From positions 102,593 to 166,592 of the IMG/VR virus record IMGVR_UViG_3300037455_000173: a stretch of 64,000 nucleotides of DNA, one strand, 5' to 3'. Shown piece by piece: positions 21,200-31,243 of the stretch; within the stretch, counting starts at the first letter, position 1, and the number at the start of each line of letters is the position of its first letter. Source of the DNA: a virus. Taxonomy: Duplodnaviria > Caudoviricetes. The translations under genes and the position numbers were made by a program. The notes below the pieces were generated by a model that saw nothing but the letters and a program-made list of their open reading frames with translations, was not told the DNA's origin and ran no database searches.

Positions 21200-21781
21200 T
21201 TAATCGTTTCTTACTAAGCTGTAGAACTCGTTACGTAGGTCAGAATCTGTCTTGAATACACCACGAAGAGTTGCTGTTCTTGTTTTTGTACCAGGCTTCT
21301 TAATACCACGAGCGGTCATACAAGAGTGTTCTCCCTCGATGACAACGATAATATCATTAGTACCTAAAACCTTTTCTAATACATCTGCAATATCAGCACC
21401 TATACGTTCCTGAAGCTGTAGACGTTTACCTACCATATCAGCAATACGAGCTACCTTGCTTAAACCGATTACCTTACCGTTCGGCAAGTAACCAACATGA
21501 ACCTTCATATTGTACATCAGAGCCATATGATGTTCACAGTAGCTGAAGATTGGAATGTCAGCAATGGTAACTAGGTCACCAGTTGCACCGTCCTCGAAGC
21601 ATTTATTGAACTTATCAGCTATTTCATCATTTGTGTAGCACATACCCTCGAATACTTCTGCATACATCTTTGCTACACGCTTTGGTGTGTCTTTAAGACC
21701 TTCACGTTCTGGGTTGTCACCAAGAGCAACCAGAATGTCTTTAACTGCTTTCTCGATAGCTGCTGTGTCGATTTTCTTCAT
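21200..21781 (-). CDS. folE: GTP cyclohydrolase I
   Basis: '[12 protein letters not shown]', 'CEHH', 'GLSK.AR', 'LQLQER' and 'HSCM..RG' motifs. Confidence 0.97.
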   Translation of the reverse strand: MKKIDTAAIEKAVKDILVALGDNPEREGLKDTPKRVAKMYAEVFEGMCYTNDEIADKFNKCFEDGATGDLVTIADIPIFSYCEHHMALMYNMKVHVGYLPNGKVIGLSKVARIADMVGKRLQLQERIGADIADVLEKVLGTNDIIVVIEGEHSCMTARGIKKPGTKTRTATLRGVFKTDSDLRNEFYSLVRND

Positions 21782-21853
21782 GTCTATTTTCCTCCTTTAC
21801 CTGTCGTTTATGAAATTCTCGTCTGATAGCCGCTTGACGCATCTTTCCACATA

Positions 21854-22558
21854 TTAGACACCACGAGCACCAGGGTCGTAGATTATTTTATGAAGCTGAA
21901 CTTGAATCTTTACATAAACCAGTCTCTTTTCGAGTAGGTACTGAACTATCTCAGCAGGCTCTATCTTACCCCATACCGGGCTTACATAGATTTGAGCATC
22001 TATTTCAGGATTAGCTTCAAGCACATCCTTCATCTGGTCTAAGTCTTCCTGACTACCTACAACAAACTTCAGAACGTCGTTCGTGTCAAGTAGCTCCAGA
22101 TTGGAAGATAACATCTTAGATGACTCACCAGAACTAATAGATTTCCAGTCCATGGTGAAGAAGTAATCCATAGAGCTCTTCTTATCAGCCTGACCGACAA
22201 TTATAGGTTCTAGGTCAATAGAGCCATTCGTCTCTATGTTTACCCAATATCCACGAACTCTAAGCTCTGATATAAGGTCACCGACGTGTTCATGTATAAG
22301 TGGTTCTCCACCTGTTAATGTTATACACTTACAGGGTTCGAACGTCTCTACTGCCAAGATTATCTCGTCTATGGACATCTTTCTGAAACCAAAACCGAGG
22401 TCGTCTAACTCAGACTTACAAGCATAAGTAGAGTCACAATAAGAACAGTCCAGGTTGCAGCCAAACAAACGAATGAATATAGCAGGAGAACCTGTTCTAG
22501 AACCTTCTCCATCTATGCTATAGAAGATTTCTGATACTGGAAATGTTATCTCATTCAT
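21854..22558 (-). CDS. queE: 7-carboxy-7-deazaguanine synthase (radical SAM)
   Basis: 'EIFYSIDGEG', 'CNLDCSYCDS', 'TGGEP', 'IETNG' and 'QLHK' motifs. Start overlaps the queD stop (TAATG). Confidence 0.95.
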   Translation of the reverse strand: MNEITFPVSEIFYSIDGEGSRTGSPAIFIRLFGCNLDCSYCDSTYACKSELDDLGFGFRKMSIDEIILAVETFEPCKCITLTGGEPLIHEHVGDLISELRVRGYWVNIETNGSIDLEPIIVGQADKKSSMDYFFTMDWKSISSGESSKMLSSNLELLDTNDVLKFVVGSQEDLDQMKDVLEANPEIDAQIYVSPVWGKIEPAEIVQYLLEKRLVYVKIQVQLHKIIYDPGARGV

Positions 22559-22953
22559 TATAGCATACCTCCTAATGTGCAACAAGCAATGTTGCCTTCA
22601 GATTCCTGAACGGTAACCTTATAGCACTTACCGTCTGCACCATCTAGGGGATTAAGTTCATCAAATTTCTTGTTCATTTCACAAAGTATCCAGGCTGCCA
22701 TATTCTCAGCTGTTGGGTTCATATCTGTGATAACATCATTGATATGATGATGGTCAAGTCTGTCTGAAATTAGATTTTTGATGTGCTTAAAATCGATAAT
22801 CATACCATTATGATTGAGGTGATTCGCTCCGCAGTAAACGGTAACAATCCAGTTATGACCATGAATGTTTCTGCACTTAGATTCATAGTCAAGAGAAAGC
22901 TGGTGAGAACCAGCTATCTCCATTCTTTTAGATATTGAATATCTGAAGTCCAT
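22558..22953 (-). CDS. queD: 6-carboxytetrahydropterin synthase
   Basis: 'C.NIHGHNW', 'GMIIDF', 'LDH..IN', 'PTAEN.A' and 'V.ES' motifs. Confidence 0.95.
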   Translation of the reverse strand: MDFRYSISKRMEIAGSHQLSLDYESKCRNIHGHNWIVTVYCGANHLNHNGMIIDFKHIKNLISDRLDHHHINDVITDMNPTAENMAAWILCEMNKKFDELNPLDGADGKCYKVTVQESEGNIACCTLGGML

Positions 22954-22956
22954 AAC

Positions 22957-23661
22957 TCATACCTCCACCTTAATAGCAGGGTCTATTGCGTTATTAGCAG
23001 AAAATGCCTTTGCTCTGTCAATGCAGGTACCACATTTACCACAAGGTCCAGCTTCACCACCATTATAGCAGCTCCAGGTATACTCATAAGGAACCTTAAG
23101 CTCAAGACCTTTCTTTACTACTTCAGCTTTACTCGAACCAGCAAATGGTGCTTTAAGGGTTACCTTACCGTAGGTACCTATACCTATAGCATCATTCATA
23201 GAATCAATGAATTCCGGCGAGCAGTCAGCGTATGCATTACCTGCCGCGTCATCTGCATGAGCTCCGATATAGATATATACTTCTTCATCAGGATACACAG
23301 AAGCTGCTACAGAAGCTGCTGTAGAAAGGAACAAGCCGTTCCGAAAGGGGACATAGGTAGCCACCATACCATTTTCACTTCTGCCAATCTGGTCAGCATA
23401 GTCACCTTCAGGAACTGCTTCTGTAGAATTCTGAAGTAAAGGACAATTACTATACTGGAAAATTGCTGACAAATCCAACTCGATGTGCTTTACATTGTAA
23501 TGGTTAGCAACCGTAGTTGCTGCTTCCAGCTCACGCTTATGTCTCTGTCCATAGAACATAGATACTGATGTAACATTGGCAGCACCAAGCTCGTGTACTG
23601 CTAAACCAAGACAAGTGGTACTATCTATACCACCTGAACTAAGAACGATTGCCTTAGGCAT
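22957..23661 (-). CDS. queC: 7-cyano-7-deazaguanine (preQ0) synthase
   Basis: 'SGGIDS', 'YGQRH..E', 'TYVPFRN' and 'TWSCY.G...CGKCGTC' motifs. Confidence 0.97.
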   Translation of the reverse strand: MPKAIVLSSGGIDSTTCLGLAVHELGAANVTSVSMFYGQRHKRELEAATTVANHYNVKHIELDLSAIFQYSNCPLLQNSTEAVPEGDYADQIGRSENGMVATYVPFRNGLFLSTAASVAASVYPDEEVYIYIGAHADDAAGNAYADCSPEFIDSMNDAIGIGTYGKVTLKAPFAGSSKAEVVKKGLELKVPYEYTWSCYNGGEAGPCGKCGTCIDRAKAFSANNAIDPAIKVEV

Positions 23662-24160
23662 CGTAAGTCACCTTCCTTTCCGCTGCTGACTGAAGAACTG
23701 CCAGACGTCTCTGAGTTTCAAGGTCCTTGAACTCAGGGTGGTCAGGGTGAACATATGTAGAGAACGGAAAGATTGCGATACCTCCTCTAGGTGCAAAAAT
23801 ACCACGAACTTCAAGGTACTTAGGCTCCATCAGCTTAACCAGGTCTTTACAAATCTGATTTACGCAGTCTTCATGGAATGAACCATGATTACGGTAACTG
23901 AAGAGATAAAGTTTAAGTGATTTAGACTCTACCATTCTTTCACTCGGTATATAGCTGATTATAATCTTTGCCATATCAGGCTGTCCAGTCTTAGGACACA
24001 ATGCTGTAAACTCATAGGCGTCAAATGTAACCACATAATCCTGGTCTGGGTGTTTATTTATAAACGTCTCTAGAACACCTGGATTATATTCGGTTTCATA
24101 TTTAGTATTCTGATTACCTAATAAGGTAACACCTTCTAATTCTTTTTCTGTACGAGCCAT
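23654..24160 (-). CDS. queF: NADPH-dependent preQ0 reductase (type I QueF)
   Basis: Catalytic 'CPKTGQPD', QueF motif 'ESKSLKLY', 'FHE' and 'PRGG'. Confidence 0.95.
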   Translation of the reverse strand: MARTEKELEGVTLLGNQNTKYETEYNPGVLETFINKHPDQDYVVTFDAYEFTALCPKTGQPDMAKIIISYIPSERMVESKSLKLYLFSYRNHGSFHEDCVNQICKDLVKLMEPKYLEVRGIFAPRGGIAIFPFSTYVHPDHPEFKDLETQRRLAVLQSAAERKVTYDA

Positions 24161-24162
24161 AA

Positions 24163-25398
24163 TTAAGCCTCCTCACCTTTAAACTCGCCGTCTTTGAGAT
24201 ATTCTTTCCAGCTGTGTCTCTTGATAAGCATACCATCACCGAAGCTCATGAAACGATATCTCTTATCTACTGCGTGCTTATATGCTGTCATGATTTCGTC
24301 ATAACCAGCAACAACAGATACGAGCATCATAAGAGTTGTCTCAGGTGCGTGGAAGTTAGTGATAAGACCGTCTATGCAGTTTACACGTTCAGCTGTTTCA
24401 GAACCAGGATAAATAAAGATGCTGGTGTCTGTAGAGAATTCTGCAGGATTCTCCCAAACCTCAGGAGGAATAGAAGCAAGTGTACGAAGTGAAGTTGTAC
24501 CCACTGCTACTACATTATGTCCTTCCTTATGTGCCTGCTTAATGTCCTTTATAACATTTACAGGACAGAAGCAATGCTCTGTATGCATAGCGTGATTTCT
24601 GAGGTCCTTAACAACAACAGGCTTAAATGTACCAAGACCAACATCAAGTGTTACCTCTCTAACCTTTACACCCTTATCCTTGAGAGCCTGAAGTATCTCA
24701 GGAGTAAAGTGAAGACCTGCTGTCGGAGCTGCACAAGAAGTTCTTTCCTTAGCATAAACCGTGTTGTACATCTCAGAGATATACTCCTCAGAATGACCTC
24801 TACCCTGAATATACGGAGGAAGCGGTGTTTCACCTATCTTGTCAAGAACATCCCAACCAGATGAGTTAGCAAAGTCAAGAAATACTTCACCCTCATCATC
24901 ACAACTCTTAATTGTAACTTCAGCATCATCAGAACCATTAAGAACAAGAATTGTACCCTCTTCCTGAGGTTTGCTAATCATTGCCTTCCAGGTTGAACCA
25001 CCCTGATACTGAACGAACAGTATCTCTACTGTATTATCTTCATCTGCCTGTGTGCCTTTCTTGTAAGCAAAAGCACGTGCAGGAATTACCTTTGTGTTAT
25101 TAAGAACGAGCACGTCACCCTCGTTGAAGTAATCACAGATATCTGTGAAGTGTTTGTCTGTAAGTGCTACTGCAGGACCTTCACCTGTAGCTTCAACCGT
25201 TGTGTCTACAATAAGACACCTTGCACTTGCTCTGTCAGGAAGAGGCTCCTGAGCGATAAGCTCCTGAGGAAGGTCATAACGATAATGAGCAGCAGAGAAC
25301 TGCTCTTCTGCTGGGGCTGTATCAAGTCCCTTAGCGGTTACTGTGCTAGAATTACTGAATATATCAGGTATTCCAGTTTCCATTTTGTTTGTGTTCAT
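24163..25398 (-). CDS. queA: QueA-family SAM-dependent ribosyltransferase-isomerase (divergent)
   Basis: '[12 protein letters not shown]', 'N.TKVIPAR', 'PLPPYI', 'AAPTAGLHF', 'VGLGTF.P', 'VGTT', 'TNFH.P' and 'YRF.SFGD' motifs. Confidence 0.93.
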   Translation of the reverse strand: MNTNKMETGIPDIFSNSSTVTAKGLDTAPAEEQFSAAHYRYDLPQELIAQEPLPDRASARCLIVDTTVEATGEGPAVALTDKHFTDICDYFNEGDVLVLNNTKVIPARAFAYKKGTQADEDNTVEILFVQYQGGSTWKAMISKPQEEGTILVLNGSDDAEVTIKSCDDEGEVFLDFANSSGWDVLDKIGETPLPPYIQGRGHSEEYISEMYNTVYAKERTSCAAPTAGLHFTPEILQALKDKGVKVREVTLDVGLGTFKPVVVKDLRNHAMHTEHCFCPVNVIKDIKQAHKEGHNVVAVGTTSLRTLASIPPEVWENPAEFSTDTSIFIYPGSETAERVNCIDGLITNFHAPETTLMMLVSVVAGYDEIMTAYKHAVDKRYRFMSFGDGMLIKRHSWKEYLKDGEFKGEEA

Positions 25399-25646
25399 GA
25401 TAGTTTAGTCCTTTCATATAGTATCGATTTTAACTTTAGCAAGGGGATACCTTACTTACTGCTCCCGTTTTTACCGAGGGGGAACTCTACTCGTGAATTA
25501 TACACTCATATTCCCATCACCTCACACGTAGCACGCTAACGCATGCTATACGGTTGTATAATGTGTATAACATTACAACCTCATATATAAATACACGCAG
25601 AACCTACGCATATCATACGCAATTAATGTATAGTTACATAATATTA

Positions 25647-25678
25647 AGTATACAATAACTATACGACGACACACGAAG
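25647..25678 (-). promoter_or_regulatory. Phage promoter motif CTTCG-N21-TATACT (que operon)
   Basis: CTTCGTGTGTCGTCGTATAGTTATTGTATACT on the minus strand. Confidence 0.65.
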
Positions 25679-25679
25679 T

Positions 25680-25910
25680 TTATGTTCTTTTTGCTGCACC
25701 CGAACCGTCTTTACCATCTTGGTCTTGCTTAATAAACTTCTGTATCAGTTTTGTTCTAAATAGAACTGGTTGGTCTTCTACATAGTCTGCAGTATAACCC
25801 TGACAACGTGCTAATATACAACGTATTTCAGAATCAACTCTGTCATAACTATTTCTTAGGATTTGCCAATAGAGATTTCCATTCTTTGATGTCTTCTTTG
25901 GTCGGTCGAA
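25680..25910 (-). CDS. C-terminal extension of the tail chaperone (+1 frame, probable frameshift product)
   Basis: Open +1 frame beginning TTC GAC at the TTT CGA site, with no own RBS or start. 'YTADYVEDQPVLFRTKLI' resembles gpGT-type C-termini. Confidence 0.55.
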   Translation of the reverse strand, partial: FDRPKKTSKNGNLYWQILRNSYDRVDSEIRCILARCQGYTADYVEDQPVLFRTKLIQKFIKQDQDGKDGSGAAKRT

Positions 25911-26637
25911 AGTAGTAGTCATTGACTGGTACGTATGCCCACGCACGACCTCCACATTTCGGACACTTGAACTCTACCTTATTGCTTAAACCTACATTAA
26001 AGGCTTCTTTATATCTAGATTCAATCAAGTCTGCATCTATTGCCGACAGGTTACCTAACCAATCGCAGGCTTCTGAAATATCTATAAAGTCCATATCGGA
26101 AACAGAAGAAAGTGAAGCTGCTAGTGGTCTGAAATCTTCTACTTCTTTGTTAACCTTAGCTGTATAGAATAGCATATCCTGACAACGGTTTAAATGCAGT
26201 TTAACGTCTGCTTCTAGGAACATAAATTCCTCAGACTTTATCGTGACTGTTCTTTTAAGCTCCTCACCCTTATCAGGACGAAGTACACCAACATTAGATA
26301 GATTAACCTGCTTAGGTTCATTATAGAACTTACCCGGTAAATCAGCTTCATTCTTACAGTCTGTACACACCCACGATTGAGCTGTCCAGAAAGGTCCCCA
26401 AGTAAGTATACGCAGATGTCTTAATAATAAGAAATAATCTGGTTCGAATAGTTTAGTTACATCTATCTTAGGTTCAATAACCTGAGGTAAGATGTGCTTA
26501 ATCATAGCCTGATGCAGGTTGTCTGATGACAGCCTTAATTTTTCCATTCGACTTGTGTACGCACTTAGAGTAACAGTAGAAGGAATTCCTACGTCAGAGT
26601 AATCGTACAAAAATTCATGGTCTTCATTCATTAGCAT
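25849..26637 (-). CDS. Tail/baseplate-hub assembly chaperone (T4 gp26-like)
   Basis: 'DVTKLFEPDYFLLL..LR..TWG', two CxxC pairs and a 'YFRP' motif near the end. Confidence 0.7.
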   Translation of the reverse strand: MLMNEDHEFLYDYSDVGIPSTVTLSAYTSRMEKLRLSSDNLHQAMIKHILPQVIEPKIDVTKLFEPDYFLLLRHLRILTWGPFWTAQSWVCTDCKNEADLPGKFYNEPKQVNLSNVGVLRPDKGEELKRTVTIKSEEFMFLEADVKLHLNRCQDMLFYTAKVNKEVEDFRPLAASLSSVSDMDFIDISEACDWLGNLSAIDADLIESRYKEAFNVGLSNKVEFKCPKCGGRAWAYVPVNDYYFRPTKEDIKEWKSLLANPKK

Positions 26638-26703
26638 TAAATCAACACCTTTCTAAGTTTGATAGAAAATGCGTGTACCGTAATTATTATTACTCACATA
26701 ACG

Positions 26704-26735
26704 AGTATAACATATACAGCACACGCACTTCGAAG
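26704..26735 (-). promoter_or_regulatory. Phage promoter motif CTTCG-N21-TATACT (chaperone)
   Basis: CTTCGAAGTGCGTGTGCTGTATATGTTATACT on the minus strand. Confidence 0.65.
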
Positions 26736-29700
26736 TTAGTTTAAGGTTTCTTCCGGGTCAGGATATAGCTGAGTGTATGGTATAGTATTAGACATCGAGT
26801 TATCATCAAGCCTAATAACCTGTACCGGTGCTCTAAATCTAAGATTTGTAAAGTTCTGCTTATATACATCTGGAGAAGAATTCTTCATGTATAAATTCAG
26901 ATAAACCTTACCTCCTCTTGTCTTAGCACTTGAAGGATTGCCATTGTATTCCCAGTTCAGGTTAACGAGTAGATTACCATTAGGTACGAATGTTGTATTA
27001 TTAGCATCATAGGATTGATGTACACCTGAGGTGCCTGTAACCTTTAGATTCAGGTTATCTGGTATATCCAATCTAGTTTTCTGATTAACAACAATCGTAT
27101 TAGAGTTTTCAGTAGTTTCAGGTTCTACCTCACTTGTCTGGTCTGCTGCTACCTGTGTCTCACTGGTAGTATACTCAAAGAATAATGGTGGGAAGTTCAG
27201 ATATTTTAATGAAGCCCACATTCTATCGATATTTCCATTATAATCTGACCAACCTTCATGCTTAACCCAAACATCAAGCATAGCAGAACTAATACCCTTT
27301 TCACCCATAGTTACGCTAGCAAATCTACAAGACAAGCTGTTAGCTTTTACAGTGGTAAATAGGTCATTATATATCATCCATGGTAAGTCAAGTTCAAGTG
27401 TATTACCGCCGGTTAAGAACTCAGAATATTTCCACTCGCCGATGTTAATGAAGAACGGTGAGTTTACCTTACAATGGTTTACACCGAACAGTAATGAGCT
27501 TGTAGGCTTTGTGCTATCACCCTTAAGAGTTAGATAATCGATATCTTCTAGGTGTAATAGTAAGCCGTCACTATACGTACCGTCGACAGTTACATCTGTG
27601 AAGTCTAGAGTAATATCACCCCTTAGATGAGCTAATGTTCCGGAAGCTGCTCTCCACTCAGAAGCCCTACCAGTCATCTTAAACACTACACCTGCCGGAT
27701 ATCTGGTATACTGATAGTAGGTCAAATCCTCATTAGGACTTATAGATATTTCAGCAGGAGGATTAGCACCAGGTAACTTATAGCCACCATTCTTAACAAA
27801 GTCAAGAAGGGCATCGGTTACTCTTAATCTTTGTGTATTCGGGTCATTAATTATATCTTCCAATTCCGAACCGGTACCTGTACGGACAACGCCGTAAGCA
27901 TCAGCTGTAGCTGGTACAGCAAAACCACGCTCAACAGCTTCAACAACAAACAGAACGGACTGTTTACTATCAGAAGTATCTTGAAATGATTTAGATTGAC
28001 CTTCAGGGTCTAGCACTAGATAAGAATCTGGATTACTTCTAAGGAACTTTACCGGAACTAAAGAATTAGGTACTAGGTTAGTTATTAAACCGGTATCATA
28101 GTCGATATCACCTAGATACTGAGGTGTGTCTAGAACGGTAGTCATTAGCGAACCTTCACCGTCGTCATAGATAGTAGTAGTGTAGTCAAGACCTGATAAT
28201 GAGTTATGAACCGGGTGTGCTGACGTAGCGAATATACGAACTGTACCTGGTATTACAGAACCAATTCTAGATGATGTAAAATAGGTATTGATAGTTTCTT
28301 CACCAGGCATTACCGCATGAGCAAATCTCCACACTCCTGTAGCATCAGCACTACTGTCATAATAGCGACATACATATCTACTCGATACATTCTGTATGAA
28401 AGAATTTAATGAACCGGTTACTGTACCGCTTACAGTAGCGTTAATAGTACCCGTACCTGTACCAGCTACTTCACCTTCTACAGCTGTTTCTTCTGCATCA
28501 TCCATATGACCTGTTACGGTACCGGTTACTGGTACCGTGAGCTTTGCTTGCTTTGCTGTACCTGAAACTGTACCTGAAACCGTACCATAATCTGCTATTA
28601 TATTCTGTAATGTATAACCGCCTGAGTTGGTTGTTACTTCAGTTCCACCAGCTTCAGCAGTATCATTAATAACCCAGAAATAATCACCTAAACCGACTAC
28701 TGGTGTATATCGTTCAAACCACTCCTTAGCATCTTCTAATGTTAAAAATGGACCGAACTGTCTGCCTCTAGCAAAGCCATTAGATTTACGATTAGCATAA
28801 TCGTCGAATACTAATTCTAGCATAGCAAGCTGCTGGGTGGTCATTAAACCGTCCATGCCATTTAAACCACCTAAGCTAGGATATGTATTGATGTCATATA
28901 CCGGCTTAGTTACAGTGCTATCAGGGCCTGGTGACTCCCAAACCTTGTTCAATGAGGACAACGGTGAACCAGAAGGGTTCAATGCTGCGTATGGTAGATA
29001 CAATGCACGAGCATCTATAATTCCTGAAGGTGTCTTTGCAGGAACCTGTGCTTGATGCCAGGTTACTCTAGCAAAGTCAGCAGTAGTCCTTGCATTCACC
29101 TTCTGTAAGCAGTTAAACCTGTCTACAACTGGATTATCACCTACAATAGGTGTTGCATCAGAAACGATAACACCACGAGTAGGTTTCTCGTCTAACTGAG
29201 CGTTACCAGCTGTATCTGGCTCTGTAGACATATTCCTTAATAATTGACCAAGATATGAACCGAAATGTATCCACAGCCATTGGTCAATCTTTATTAAATT
29301 GGTTACAGAACTTTCAGAAGAACCACCTGTACCATCTTTCTGTATGCCATATATAGAATCATCGTCCGGTGTGTTAATTAAATCGGAATAATTCTCAGCA
29401 CCTTCTACTCCGGTTAATGGAACAAGGCGTGACTTAGAAGGATTCTGTGTTACCATTAGACTACCATAAGCGTCTCTGGAAACAGTACCTAACAGTAATT
29501 CATTACCATACGGTAGTTCATCGTTGATAACGATGACTACGCACGGATACATACTACCTGCAGGTGGTATTAATCTTTCATCATGTCTAGCACTTTCACT
29601 CGCCGTATACTGAATAGCAAGTTTTACGAACTTTGTCCTTACTGTATCTGTATTCTGACCGGGATTATCCTTAACTTCAGCTACTTCATCAGGACTGATA

Positions 29701-30179
29701 ACTTCAATTGCAGGAATAGTTATCTCAGAATCTACGTCTATAAAATAGCCATAGACTAACGCCGAACCTGCTGAAATAGTTAGCTTATTATAAGTTAATG
29801 ATAATTTAAAATCGTCTTCTGAAGGAGCTCCGGTTGCATACGCAGTATACTGCCAATTATCCTTATTCTGGACAAGAGCATTTTTAAATGAGTATAAGCC
29901 GGGTCCTTCTTTTACAATAACACCTGTAGTGCTATCTTGCTCCACTTCAGCACCGTAGGTTTCATTTACTGCTTTAGCAACAGCGTCTGCATATTCTGCA
30001 GCATTAACCTCACGGCGTAGCAATGTATTTATTGCAGCACGCTGGTTGTACTCGGTTAGAAGTTCACCACCATGCGTGTCTGAAGAATAAGGTGCGATGT
30101 AAGCATTTACAGATGAGTAGACAGGAAAACGATGGTCATCTGACTCTTGTAGGTCATATAGTCTATCATCTATTGCCAT
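26736..30179 (-). CDS. Large virion structural protein (tail/baseplate-associated)
   Basis: 1147 aa. 'LTISAGSALVYGY' and 'ATADAYGVV' fibre-like motifs, with GTVSG repeats. Confidence 0.5.
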   Translation of the reverse strand: MAIDDRLYDLQESDDHRFPVYSSVNAYIAPYSSDTHGGELLTEYNQRAAINTLLRREVNAAEYADAVAKAVNETYGAEVEQDSTTGVIVKEGPGLYSFKNALVQNKDNWQYTAYATGAPSEDDFKLSLTYNKLTISAGSALVYGYFIDVDSEITIPAIEVISPDEVAEVKDNPGQNTDTVRTKFVKLAIQYTASESARHDERLIPPAGSMYPCVVIVINDELPYGNELLLGTVSRDAYGSLMVTQNPSKSRLVPLTGVEGAENYSDLINTPDDDSIYGIQKDGTGGSSESSVTNLIKIDQWLWIHFGSYLGQLLRNMSTEPDTAGNAQLDEKPTRGVIVSDATPIVGDNPVVDRFNCLQKVNARTTADFARVTWHQAQVPAKTPSGIIDARALYLPYAALNPSGSPLSSLNKVWESPGPDSTVTKPVYDINTYPSLGGLNGMDGLMTTQQLAMLELVFDDYANRKSNGFARGRQFGPFLTLEDAKEWFERYTPVVGLGDYFWVINDTAEAGGTEVTTNSGGYTLQNIIADYGTVSGTVSGTAKQAKLTVPVTGTVTGHMDDAEETAVEGEVAGTGTGTINATVSGTVTGSLNSFIQNVSSRYVCRYYDSSADATGVWRFAHAVMPGEETINTYFTSSRIGSVIPGTVRIFATSAHPVHNSLSGLDYTTTIYDDGEGSLMTTVLDTPQYLGDIDYDTGLITNLVPNSLVPVKFLRSNPDSYLVLDPEGQSKSFQDTSDSKQSVLFVVEAVERGFAVPATADAYGVVRTGTGSELEDIINDPNTQRLRVTDALLDFVKNGGYKLPGANPPAEISISPNEDLTYYQYTRYPAGVVFKMTGRASEWRAASGTLAHLRGDITLDFTDVTVDGTYSDGLLLHLEDIDYLTLKGDSTKPTSSLLFGVNHCKVNSPFFINIGEWKYSEFLTGGNTLELDLPWMIYNDLFTTVKANSLSCRFASVTMGEKGISSAMLDVWVKHEGWSDYNGNIDRMWASLKYLNFPPLFFEYTTSETQVAADQTSEVEPETTENSNTIVVNQKTRLDIPDNLNLKVTGTSGVHQSYDANNTTFVPNGNLLVNLNWEYNGNPSSAKTRGGKVYLNLYMKNSSPDVYKQNFTNLRFRAPVQVIRLDDNSMSNTIPYTQLYPDPEETLN

Positions 30180-30193
30180 GGGAAATCCCTCCC

Positions 30194-31243
30194 TTATTCA
30201 AAATCTGTAATAGGCTTGAGTTCCTTATCAAACTCCTTGCTAAGATTACGAGCATTCTTAGATACAGACATCTTAGTCTTTACCAGTACACAGTCTGCCT
30301 GGTCAATCTCGTCAACGACAACAATCTTACCTGCTTCTACAAGCTTGTCTACAGCCTCAGCATCAACCTTAGCTGTATCCACGAAGCACTTGAGAACAGT
30401 TTCTGTAGTTTCTTCCTCGAAAGCTTCTGCCTTAACTTCCTCAGGAATCTCGTCTTCAACTTCTTGTTCTACAGGAGCTTCTATCTCGTCGTTAGCAACG
30501 CTTTCATGAACTTCCTTAGGAAAGGATTCAGGTTCAGCTACAACCTCAGGTTCATCCTGAACATTTCCTACAGGCTCTTCATCAAGAACCATCTGGTCAC
30601 ATATGCTATTAGTACACTTGTAGAACATAGGTAGGTCAGGATAAATCTGAATACGCTTGAGTGGATTGCTACACTTAGGACAAATAGGAGGAATAGGTTC
30701 AACAACCGGTGCTGTATTCATTGGCTGTAGTTCACCATTCCATACCTTAGCAGTACAACCTGGCTGATAGTACGCAATCATACGCATATCAACGACATCG
30801 TATATACCCTTATCAGTTGTACACTCTAATGTCAAAGCCTTATCTGCACCGATTTTCCACTTTACGCTATTGATGTGTGCAAGCTCAGGAATCTTATATT
30901 CTGTACCGGTAGGAAGACTAATCCAGATAGCGTCGTACATAGAATACTGATTCTTCAGAGTAATAAGCTGATTACCTTGTCCCTCCTCGTTCTCAAAATA
31001 AGGTACTGTCTTAAATCCAAGCTGAGTTAGCAGTGAAATCTGCTCAGATATAGAGAACTTTCTAGCAGATGAGAATAGTGAATAGGCAAGAAAATCATTC
31101 TTTGATACATAACCAGAAATTTCAAAAGGTAGGCTGAAATTCTTTATCTGGTTTGGTGTGTGGTCGACAGGACAGCCTAACAGAGCACCTGTCTCATTGT
31201 AACTTACAGTTGCTTCAGGAAGATTAAGTTTTAATCTAATCAT
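30194..31243 (-). CDS. Degenerate NAD-dependent DNA ligase-like protein (OB, Zn finger, BRCT)
   Basis: 'LTQLGFKTVP', 'SVKWKIG', 'PPICPKC...CTN..C' and a C-terminal BRCT-like domain. KxDG appears as KLNL. Confidence 0.55.
   Translation of the reverse strand: MIRLKLNLPEATVSYNETGALLGCPVDHTPNQIKNFSLPFEISGYVSKNDFLAYSLFSSARKFSISEQISLLTQLGFKTVPYFENEEGQGNQLITLKNQYSMYDAIWISLPTGTEYKIPELAHINSVKWKIGADKALTLECTTDKGIYDVVDMRMIAYYQPGCTAKVWNGELQPMNTAPVVEPIPPICPKCSNPLKRIQIYPDLPMFYKCTNSICDQMVLDEEPVGNVQDEPEVVAEPESFPKEVHESVANDEIEAPVEQEVEDEIPEEVKAEAFEEETTETVLKCFVDTAKVDAEAVDKLVEAGKIVVVDEIDQADCVLVKTKMSVSKNARNLSKEFDKELKPITDFE

Noticed and set aside
23654-24160. QueF-like amidinotransferase (archaeosine, dG+ pathway)
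   Set aside because: The NADPH-binding QueF motif ESKSLKLY is present and QueC has no Gat fusion, so preQ1 is the expected product.
17340-25398. Host chromosomal segment or misassembly carrying que/nrd genes
   Set aside because: It is flanked by tail genes, uses the phage promoter motif, and shares the codon style and apparent GATC avoidance.
30023-30634. 203-aa plus-strand ORF and other short antisense ORFs in the track
   Set aside because: They are shadows of well-supported opposite-strand genes, with no RBS or motifs.
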